From Pyrinomonadaceae bacterium (GTDB taxonomy: Bacteria; Acidobacteriota; Blastocatellia; Pyrinomonadales; Pyrinomonadaceae): a DNA stretch of 24,892 nucleotides. Below, piece by piece: positions 14,910-22,430 of the stretch. The stretch spans positions 1 to 24,892 of the forward strand of contig DASSCG010000354.1 in the NCBI GenBank assembly GCA_035697925.1, given 5' to 3'. Every line of letters starts with the position of its first letter. The stretch's first letter is position 1. The notes under the pieces were generated by a model. It worked only from the letters and a program-made list of their open reading frames with translations. It had not been told where the DNA came from and did no database searches. Position numbers and translations under genes: made by a program.

Positions 14910-16595
14910 TTAGGATTTTCCGGAAAAAGAGGATAACAAAACTGCTATAGGATCAATGCAGATCGACCTAACATCAGTGTCCACTGGATAATTATTCACC
15001 ATAATAGAAAACGCCAGGTTTTCACCGGCTGCGGTTGTTAGAAAGCCTGACAGACTCGCAGCTGAACTAAGTGAGCCGGTTTTGGCGCGTACATTATTCT
15101 CAGCAGGCGTGCCCCTCATTCTGTTTCTTAGAGTGCCGTCAATTCCGGCAATCGGCAACGCCTCGCGAAAGACCTCCCCATAACGATGCCGGCTCATGTA
15201 CGTCAGCAACTGAACAGACGCTTCAGCCGTAATCATGTCATTTCGCGAAAGTCCTGATCCATCAGTTAACGCTAACCCACTTGTATTGACTCCAGCCTCC
15301 TTAAGAAAGGTTTTGACGATCTCGAGTCCTGCTTCCTCGCTGGTCCGGTTAACTATCGGCAACCCAGGTGGAGGGGGTACAACTTTCCCCAAAGTTCTAA
15401 GAATTAATTCAGTGTATAGATTCTGGCTGGGTTTCAGCGTTTGAGCGGCAATCAGGCTTAGCGGTGGTGATTGCATGCTGGCGATTTCAATTCCGCCAGT
15501 AGGTCTTGATAGCTGAAAGCCGTTCGTGTAAGCGCGCGCTGGAACGGTTCGTGATTTACCGGTAAAGGTAATTCCACGTTGGGCCAGTGAAGAGCGCAAT
15601 AGATAAACGAACAAGAGTCCGGGATGTGAGATGCCGATTCCTGCTGAGTAACCGCGGTCATCAATTGGAATAGTTCCGTGGATCTCGAGCGAATCCGCGC
15701 CCAGGCTGCGATGGAGAGTTAACTCTCGTCTACTTCCTCTGGCCCCCGTAGTTACGCGATTGACAATAGCCAACAGTGGATCGGGCGGGCCGGTTGTGAT
15801 TACAGCAGGTACGCCCACGGCAGAGCCGGGCTTAACAGACAAATCCAGCGCATTGTCGTTGATAGTCAGCGCACTGACTTCAGCGCCATACCACCATTGC
15901 AAATCCTCCCAGTTCCAACCTGAACCATACTGCGGTCCAATAAAATAGGTCTCGTCCCCGACGAGGTCGCCCTCGACTCGCTTCACTCCGGTCGCTGCGA
16001 TTTGTGCAGCCAGTTCGTTAATGCCTTTGAAGTAGTCGCCACTGTTGAACCGGGCCGCGATTGATGGATCGCCTCGCCCATAAACAGTCAGGTCACTACG
16101 AAGAATCCCTGCGGAGTCAGGCCGAGACGTGGCGTACACAGAAGTGACAAATTTGTAGTCAGGAGAAAGCCGATCAAGCGCCGCAGCGACAGTGTAAAGT
16201 TTCATGTTCGACGCAGGTCGAAGCAGCTTGCCGGCGTTTTCTTCGAACAGAACCTTTCCACTTCCCAACGAAGTAACTTTTATTCCCACCATAGCGGGCG
16301 CTAATTCCGGTCTGGCCAAGACTTCAGAAATGCGAGCCTGTAATTCGCCAATGGTTCTGGCGCCATTTCGCACCGGTTGAATCGTCACCGGCGCTTCGTC
16401 AGGACTCACAAGAGGAGTCGGACTGACGACAGGAGTAGGTGAGGGAAGAGGCGTAGGCGTGTTAGTCGGCGAAACCAACACCCTTCGATCGCGTTGCGGT
16501 TGTTGCCGGCCATAACGCGCAGGGACGACGGCAAAAGTAGACGTCAGGAAAAGATTGAGACTGAGTATCTTCGCTAAATACGTCTGATTGATCAT
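14910..16595 (-). CDS. dacB: D-alanyl-D-alanine carboxypeptidase/endopeptidase (PBP4, peptidase S13)
   Basis: 561 aa with a signal peptide, SxxK (PASNMK), GRGDPS, SxN (PSQNLYTE), DGSGLSR, GIDGTL and KTG (AKTGSL). Confidence 0.95.
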   Translation of the reverse strand: MINQTYLAKILSLNLFLTSTFAVVPARYGRQQPQRDRRVLVSPTNTPTPLPSPTPVVSPTPLVSPDEAPVTIQPVRNGARTIGELQARISEVLARPELAPAMVGIKVTSLGSGKVLFEENAGKLLRPASNMKLYTVAAALDRLSPDYKFVTSVYATSRPDSAGILRSDLTVYGRGDPSIAARFNSGDYFKGINELAAQIAATGVKRVEGDLVGDETYFIGPQYGSGWNWEDLQWWYGAEVSALTINDNALDLSVKPGSAVGVPAVITTGPPDPLLAIVNRVTTGARGSRRELTLHRSLGADSLEIHGTIPIDDRGYSAGIGISHPGLLFVYLLRSSLAQRGITFTGKSRTVPARAYTNGFQLSRPTGGIEIASMQSPPLSLIAAQTLKPSQNLYTELILRTLGKVVPPPPGLPIVNRTSEEAGLEIVKTFLKEAGVNTSGLALTDGSGLSRNDMITAEASVQLLTYMSRHRYGEVFREALPIAGIDGTLRNRMRGTPAENNVRAKTGSLSSAASLSGFLTTAAGENLAFSIMVNNYPVDTDVRSICIDPIAVLLSSFSGKS

Positions 16596-16615
16596 TTTAA
16601 TTAGCTGTAGTTTGA

Positions 16616-19090
16616 TTAGGATTGCTTCAGAGAAGATTGGGAATGTTGAGCTTCATGCATTAGCCTGACTCGGGCCATTAGCTCCTGGAACCTTGGGTGG
16701 TCGCGAAGGGAGCTCCAATTTGGATCGTTCTCGAAACATGGACGGTTCTCGTTACCGAGAGAGATGGAACGTTCCAGCCATTCGAAAGCTTCATCCCGCA
16801 TGTCTTCAACGGCATAGACTGACGCAACCGAATATGCAATGTCCGGATCGACCTCTGCATTGCGAATGACCGCATCGCTTAATTGCGCGCGCGCCTCTTG
16901 GTGTTTTCCCTGGGCACTCAAAAACATAGCCAGAAAGGGTCGCACCCCATGCATATTTGGCCGGCGGCTAATTACCTGCTGCATTAGTTCGGCGGCATCG
17001 TCGGTATGGCCGGTGTAATACAACGCCAGTGCCCTGAATGTCGCGACTAGTGGATTATCCTGCTCGCCGGCATTGTCCAGTTGGCGCATGGTCTCATCGA
17101 AGTGTCCCATATACATGTGAACGATGGCTCGGTTATAACTCGCCACGACGTGTGCCGCCGGATCTAGTCGCACCAGCCGGTCATAGCTGCGGAGCGCGCG
17201 TCCGTATTCGCCATCAAGCCGGTGCAAAGTCGCTTTGACAAAATGCACCACTGCTTCATCAGGTGCTTCTTTCCGCGCCCGGGCCACCTCTTCCCGGGCT
17301 TTTTGTTTTTGTCCACGCCACATGTAGACAAAGACCATCAGCATCCTCGCCTCGATCAGATGCGGATCGATCGACAACGCCCTGCCGAAGGCAGCTTCCG
17401 CCCGTTCGAAGTCCTCTGCGCCACCCAACCCCTTAAAAACGCGATTGACGTAAGAAGCACCCAAACCGTCGTGAGCCAGAGCAAAATTTGGGTCGAGCTC
17501 AACAGCTCGCTGGAAGTGTTCGATGGCAGCATTGCAATCCTCGGGAGCAACTGTGCGGAAAATAAAACGGGCAAAGAGGTCGCGACCGCGCAAATACTGT
17601 TCGTACGCTGCTGCGTTTTGGGTAGATGGTTTCGCGATGCCAGCTTGCTCAGCGTGGCTAAGCTCGAGCCGCAAGCCCTCAACGATACGTTGAGCGATAG
17701 TATCCTGGACCGCGATGATATCTGACGCTGAGGTGTCGATGCGATCGCTCCAGAGGATCTCCCCCGAAGCGACATTAAGCAATTGCGCGGTTACTCGAAA
17801 TCGCTCACCCGCATGTATGAATCCAGCGGCGAGAACTGCGTTAACGTTTAGCTCTCGTCCCACCTCACGCGGATCGATTTGTTGGCCCTGGTACCTTGAA
17901 ATGACAGATGAAGGTCGCACGACCAGCGATCGCACTCTCGCCAACTCGGTGATGACCGCATCAGCCAAAGAGAACTCATAAAAACTCGACGCAGTGTCGT
18001 TACTTAGATTTCTAAAAGGCAGGATTGCAAGACTCTGCTTTTCCTGATCAGTCTGAGTGGTCGACGGTGTTTCATGTACTCCGGGCTTTGGAGTAAGTAG
18101 TGTGGGAGCGGTAGTTTGAATATCAGACTTAGTGATCGATTTAAACCACCGCATGGCTCGTGATACGGGACTTGTTCCTCCCAGGTAACGCGGAGGCTCG
18201 GGCGTGACAGTGACGAACGGCTGACCGGCTGATTCGGAAAGAGAAAGGTCCTGCAATACCGTTCGCAGATCGTCGCGCATTTCTTCCATTTTCTGATACC
18301 GATCTCTTGGCTTTTTGGCCATAGCACGGTCCAGAATCTGTTGAAGACGCGGGGGAATGGGTTCGCTCCGCATTTCAGCGACTGGCTGAGGCGCATCGTG
18401 TAAGACTGCATGACGCACATCAATCGTAGTCTTACCACGGAAGGGCCAAGTGCCGGTCAACATCTCATAAAGAAGGACACCGGTCGAAAAAATATCAGCA
18501 CGCTTATCAACGCGATCGCCACGCGCTTGCTCGGGCGCCGCATAAGTCGCCGTCCCATAAGGCACACCGACCTCGGTTAGTTCGGTGCGGTGGATGCCGG
18601 TGGCGGCCGCCTCTGTATCATCAAGCAATTTCGCGAGGCCAAAATCCAGGATCTTGACCTGACCTCCGGGCGACACCATCACGTTCCCCGATTTGATATC
18701 ACGATGAATGATGCCGCGAGCATGGGCTGCGGCCAGAGCATCAGTTACTTGAAGGGCGATCAGCAATGCGCTCTTCAATTCCAGTGGATGACCTCCTACC
18801 AATTGCCGCACGTTCCGGCCCTCGATGTGTTGCATCGCGATGAAATGTAGTCCCTCGGCTTCATCAAGATCGAAAATAGTGCAGATGTTTGGGTGATCAA
18901 GGGACGAGGCGAGCCGGGCTTCGCGTTCGAAGCGCTTGAGGTTTGCTTCTTTGGCGGTGAGTTCGGTTGGCAGAACTTTAATTACAACCGTGCGCCCGAG
19001 CTTGGTATCGGTGGCTTTGTAGACCGTGCCTTGCCCGCCAGCCCCGAGCTTTTCCAGGATGCGATAGTTGCTTAGGTTCTTGCCAATCAT
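16616..19090 (-). CDS. Cytoplasmic Hanks-type Ser/Thr protein kinase with TolB-like N-terminal-type domain and TPR repeats
   Basis: 824 aa with LGAGGQGTVY, VVIK, HRDIKSGN, DFGLAK, APEQ and DIFSTG. A middle SLAILPFRNLS...LADAVITELA domain is followed by C-terminal TPR-like helices (AIEHFQRAVELDPNFALAH). No transmembrane segment seen. Confidence 0.93.
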   Translation of the reverse strand: MIGKNLSNYRILEKLGAGGQGTVYKATDTKLGRTVVIKVLPTELTAKEANLKRFEREARLASSLDHPNICTIFDLDEAEGLHFIAMQHIEGRNVRQLVGGHPLELKSALLIALQVTDALAAAHARGIIHRDIKSGNVMVSPGGQVKILDFGLAKLLDDTEAAATGIHRTELTEVGVPYGTATYAAPEQARGDRVDKRADIFSTGVLLYEMLTGTWPFRGKTTIDVRHAVLHDAPQPVAEMRSEPIPPRLQQILDRAMAKKPRDRYQKMEEMRDDLRTVLQDLSLSESAGQPFVTVTPEPPRYLGGTSPVSRAMRWFKSITKSDIQTTAPTLLTPKPGVHETPSTTQTDQEKQSLAILPFRNLSNDTASSFYEFSLADAVITELARVRSLVVRPSSVISRYQGQQIDPREVGRELNVNAVLAAGFIHAGERFRVTAQLLNVASGEILWSDRIDTSASDIIAVQDTIAQRIVEGLRLELSHAEQAGIAKPSTQNAAAYEQYLRGRDLFARFIFRTVAPEDCNAAIEHFQRAVELDPNFALAHDGLGASYVNRVFKGLGGAEDFERAEAAFGRALSIDPHLIEARMLMVFVYMWRGQKQKAREEVARARKEAPDEAVVHFVKATLHRLDGEYGRALRSYDRLVRLDPAAHVVASYNRAIVHMYMGHFDETMRQLDNAGEQDNPLVATFRALALYYTGHTDDAAELMQQVISRRPNMHGVRPFLAMFLSAQGKHQEARAQLSDAVIRNAEVDPDIAYSVASVYAVEDMRDEAFEWLERSISLGNENRPCFENDPNWSSLRDHPRFQELMARVRLMHEAQHSQSSLKQS

Positions 19091-20082
19091 TTGAACGAGG
19101 AGATCAACTCCTCGGAACTTGCCGTAGCCGTGCCAACTTTGCCGACGACAATACCAGCAGCATGGTTTGCGAGGTTCGCTGCCTGAAGCATAGTCGCTCC
19201 AGCCGCCATGGCTGCGGCCAGAGTCGCGATCACCGTATCGCCGGCACCAGTCACATCATAAACCTCGCGTGCCGCCGTTTCGACAAAAACTGGTTGGCCG
19301 TTACCTTCTAACAGCATCATGCCGTCTGGCCCTCGGGTAATTAGAACAGCGTCACAATTGAGTTTCTCTCGGAGGAGTTGGGCAGCCCGATGGAGTCCCG
19401 AATCTGAGTCTTCCTCCAAGCCAGTCATCCGGAGTGCTTCGTGGTGATTTGGCGTCACCAGAGTTGCCGGTCGGTACGACGCGAGATTGCGAATCTTTGG
19501 ATCTATAAGAACGGGAATTCGGTTGTAAGCCAGGGGCAATACTTCAGTGAGGATTCGGGGAGTTACCACTCCCTTGTCATAGTCCGAGACTACGAAAGCG
19601 TCCGCATCCTTCAGAGCCTCCTTCAAGATGCTGATGATTCGTTCCTCTGTCCTTCCATTTACTGCACTTCGTAACTCCCGGTCAGCGCGGACCACTAACT
19701 GACTATGCGCGATGATTCGGGTTTTGACGGTGGAAGGTCTGCTTTCGTCAATCACAATGCGTTCGTCTGACTGCAAGGGGCTGGCGTTGCGCAAACTCGC
19801 GCGCAGACGTTCGCCAGCCGTGTCTTTTCCCACTACGCCAACTACGCAAGCCTGTGCTCCCAGGGCAACGAGGTTCGCGAGTACATTGGCAGCACCTCCG
19901 AGATGAACCGATTCGCGCCGGATTTCCACCACCGGTACCGGCGCTTCGGGAGAAATGCGGGACACATCACCCCAAACAAATTCATCCAACATGACGTCGC
20001 CGAGGACAACGATCTTTCGGTCGCGGAACGCTCGAGTCAGCCCTTGAATTTGTTCCCGAGAAAAGTGGTCCATGCCTGTCAA
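19087..20082 (-). CDS. rfaE1: D-glycero-beta-D-manno-heptose-7-phosphate kinase (stand-alone RfaE1/HldE kinase domain)
   Basis: 331 aa with VLGDVMLDEF, SRISPEAPVPVV, GGAANV, SDYDKGV, TPNHHEA and DVTGAGDT. There is no C-terminal adenylyltransferase domain. The start may be 20073 (MDHF). Confidence 0.92.
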   Translation of the reverse strand: MTGMDHFSREQIQGLTRAFRDRKIVVLGDVMLDEFVWGDVSRISPEAPVPVVEIRRESVHLGGAANVLANLVALGAQACVVGVVGKDTAGERLRASLRNASPLQSDERIVIDESRPSTVKTRIIAHSQLVVRADRELRSAVNGRTEERIISILKEALKDADAFVVSDYDKGVVTPRILTEVLPLAYNRIPVLIDPKIRNLASYRPATLVTPNHHEALRMTGLEEDSDSGLHRAAQLLREKLNCDAVLITRGPDGMMLLEGNGQPVFVETAAREVYDVTGAGDTVIATLAAAMAAGATMLQAANLANHAAGIVVGKVGTATASSEELISSFK

Positions 20083-20109
20083 ACTTCCGCGCTACAACGC
20101 CCGGGTCTA

Positions 20110-21267
20110 CTAAATATGCCTATTCCTCTCATTCAGAACTCTCGCAACAGCAGCCACAACTCGATCAACCGGGACTCGCCTAATACATTCCGGTTGTTCA
20201 AACTTTTCACAGAAATAACCATGGCAGGGTTGACACTCCATCTCTTCAATCACAATCTCCGCTGGAGCTTTGGCCCAAGGCCTCCAATGAGCAGTGTTTG
20301 ACGACCCGAAGATGACGACTGAGGGGGTAGCAACCGCGGCAGCAATATGCGCAATTCCGCTGTCGTTGCCGACGAAGAGCCGGGCCTGAGAAAGAAGTGC
20401 GGTTACCTCCGGCAATGAGAGGTCGGTAAAGGTTAATAGCGGCGCAGGTGTTTGTTCTCTCAATCTCTCAGCGAGATGAGATTCTGATTGCGCTGTGATC
20501 GCAACTACTGACAGTCCTCGAGATTCGAGATGTTCAGCTACTCTCGCAAATTTGTCTGTGGCCCATTGCTTTGTATCGAACGCAGCCGCCGGATGAATTA
20601 CTGCCAAAGGCTTTGAGGATTTGTCAAAACCAGCAGCCTCCAACCTCGCCGATATTTTGGCCGCAGCCTGATCCGTGACTGCCAGACGAGTCGCAGGTCG
20701 ATCCGTGACCGGCACACCTGTCCAGCCGAGCAACGCAAGTTGTTGTTCAACTGAATGTGTCTTTTCTCGATCCCACAGCACCGACGAAGGAGGCGAAAGG
20801 TGATTGTGCAATCGCCCATATTGATAGGTTGAATAGCCAACCCGATGTGTCGCTCCGGATGCTCGAGTAAGTAACGTTGATGTGGTTCCGCCGTGAAGGT
20901 TGTACGCGACATCATATCTGGCAGCTCTTAATTGGCGCGCAACGGCTGCGCGCCCAGTGGTGCTGCCGCGTTTCAGTGTGATGATGTTATCAATGTATTC
21001 GAACCCTTCGAGTACGGGTGCAACCCAGTCCTCAAGAAGAATATCGACCCGTGCATTCGGCAGAAAGCGCTTTAACGCGAAGAGAGAAGGTGTCGCTAAG
21101 ACCGTGTCGCCAATCGAGCGAAGCCGTACTACGAGAACGCTCCGTACGCTTTGCCAATCCCAAAGGGCAGGACCTAATGGCTGAGCTGAGTCTTCGGCGC
21201 GCAATGTATGCATCGCTACGGACCGCATTTGTGGAGAGGCTTCAACTATTTCTCGCAGACTCTTCAT
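20110..21267 (-). CDS. Glycosyltransferase family 9 (LPS heptosyltransferase-like)
   Basis: 385 aa with VRLRSIGDTVLATP, IHPAA..TKQW and FVGNDSGIAHIAAA..TPSVVIFG. The start overlaps the upstream stop (ATGA); later Met codons are alternative starts. Confidence 0.9.
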   Translation of the reverse strand: MKSLREIVEASPQMRSVAMHTLRAEDSAQPLGPALWDWQSVRSVLVVRLRSIGDTVLATPSLFALKRFLPNARVDILLEDWVAPVLEGFEYIDNIITLKRGSTTGRAAVARQLRAARYDVAYNLHGGTTSTLLTRASGATHRVGYSTYQYGRLHNHLSPPSSVLWDREKTHSVEQQLALLGWTGVPVTDRPATRLAVTDQAAAKISARLEAAGFDKSSKPLAVIHPAAAFDTKQWATDKFARVAEHLESRGLSVVAITAQSESHLAERLREQTPAPLLTFTDLSLPEVTALLSQARLFVGNDSGIAHIAAAVATPSVVIFGSSNTAHWRPWAKAPAEIVIEEMECQPCHGYFCEKFEQPECIRRVPVDRVVAAVARVLNERNRHI

Positions 21268-21452
21268 TTAGGCGCCGGTTTGTCGTCTTCTATTGTCGCT
21301 TCGTCGATAAGCATCACAGGAATGTCGTCGCGGATGGGATATACTCGCTTACATTCCACGCATTTCAGTGCGCTGCCATCAGGTTTCAATTCGACTTTCG
21401 CCTTGCATGCGGGACAGGCGAGTATCTCCAACAAATCGTGACTAATCGCCAT
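21264..21452 (-). CDS. Trm112 family protein (YcaR-like)
   Basis: 62 aa from ATG 21452 (GGAG upstream): MAISHDLLEILACPACKAKV...LKCVECKRVYPIRDDIPVMLIDEA. The ORF-track start at 21533 is upstream of the recognisable domain. Confidence 0.92.
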   Translation of the reverse strand: MAISHDLLEILACPACKAKVELKPDGSALKCVECKRVYPIRDDIPVMLIDEATIEDDKPAPK

Positions 21453-21523
21453 GACAGGAACTCTCCAGTGCTCGGGAATAGCTACGCACAGGTGTGCTGA
21501 AAAGAAGCGCTTAAGAGGAATTA

Positions 21524-21532
21524 AGCTTATCA
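21524..21532 (-). promoter_or_regulatory. Putative extended -10 element for the Trm112-GT9-...-dapF operon (TGaTAAGCT)
   Basis: TG-N-TAnnnT on the minus strand, about 70 nt upstream of ATG 21452. Confidence 0.45.
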
Positions 21533-21539
21533 CAACCCA

Positions 21540-21645
21540 GGTCAGTGGTCAGTAGTCAGTGCTTTGAACTTTGTAATGGTATACACATGCAAAGCGAGGC
21601 ATCCCGAAACCACTGACCACTGACCACTGACTACTGACCACTGAC
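21540..21645. repeat. Inverted arrays of a 7-bp repeat: (RGTCAGT)x3 ... (ACTGACY)x5
   Basis: Left arm 21540-21561, right arm 21611-21645. 21541-21561 is the exact reverse complement of 21625-21645 (21 bp). Confidence 0.9.
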
Positions 21646-21651
21646 GCCTTC

Positions 21652-21660
21652 TGCTAAACT
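21652..21660 (+). promoter_or_regulatory. Putative extended -10 element (TGcTAAACT) giving a near-leaderless transcript
   Basis: Identical to the alaS element and ends 8 nt before ATG 21669. No SD precedes that ATG. Confidence 0.45.
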
Positions 21661-21668
21661 TGCCGGAC

Positions 21669-22430
21669 ATGTCACTTGAATTTGCTGTTCAATATCCTTG
21701 CGTTCTGCGCGCGCGCTATTCCGAGAAGCACCTTCGCGATTGGGGGCGCTTGAGTAATCTGCATACTCTACTGACTACTGGAGACAACAGTGCGCCTTCG
21801 GATGACAAGCTCCGTTGGGTAGAAAATGCCAGCGATGAAGTCGAGCTTATGCAGGCTGAGACTGTGGTGTGTCCAAATTGCCCTTCATGTTTGCCAGTTG
21901 CTGCCGCTGGTGAAGGCGAGGCGGTAGGATGCCTTGGCCGTATCACCTATCCCATCGAAGCACAGTTTGAAAAATTCCTGGCGGATCGAGTGCAACTATG
22001 TATCGACACTGTCGACAAGGAGGACCAGCCGCGATTGCTTCGGATTCTCATTGATCCGGAGTCACCATTTGACGGCGAAGCAACCAAAGAACTGCGTCGA
22101 GTCACTACAACGGAAGGACTGCGTTTCTATGAACTCAGGCTTCCAATTCGTCTGAGTAGGGAGGCGCGTGGAATAACGACGGATAATATTTTCGATCTGC
22201 TGGCGGGATTCCGATCAGAAGATAATGAGCAAACAACCTACACTCGCGAACTTCCCTTTGCCGCGACGGCCGACTATTACGACTTTCTCGACCACGTCCT
22301 CAGGAATGACGTAAACCAGCTGGAAATCACACGGCTTACCGCCCGCAGCAAGAACTACTCGCAGTTTATTCGCCTGCTGTCAGCCATTGAAAGGGCTGAA
22401 GCCCTGACAACGCGCGTACTCGTAGATTAG
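21669..22430 (+). CDS. Hypothetical Cys-rich protein (putative metal binding)
   Basis: 253 aa from ATG 21669 (the ORF track starts at TTG 21660). Motifs YPC, CPNCPSC and GCLGRITYPI. No family confidently recognised. Confidence 0.75.
   Translation: MSLEFAVQYPCVLRARYSEKHLRDWGRLSNLHTLLTTGDNSAPSDDKLRWVENASDEVELMQAETVVCPNCPSCLPVAAAGEGEAVGCLGRITYPIEAQFEKFLADRVQLCIDTVDKEDQPRLLRILIDPESPFDGEATKELRRVTTTEGLRFYELRLPIRLSREARGITTDNIFDLLAGFRSEDNEQTTYTRELPFAATADYYDFLDHVLRNDVNQLEITRLTARSKNYSQFIRLLSAIERAEALTTRVLVD

Noticed and set aside
17741-18519. HIP1-like GCGATCGC octamers (17741-17748, 18512-18519)
   Set aside because: Only two copies were noticed, both in coding sequence. This is not the strong enrichment expected for HIP1.
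19087-20082. Truncated or pseudogenised bifunctional hldE
   Set aside because: The kinase domain is complete and its stop overlaps the next start. Split RfaE1/RfaE2 systems are well known.
21540-21645. CRISPR array or IS terminal inverted repeats
   Set aside because: The units are contiguous 7-mers without unique spacers. There are no cas or transposase genes in the window and no target-site duplication was seen.
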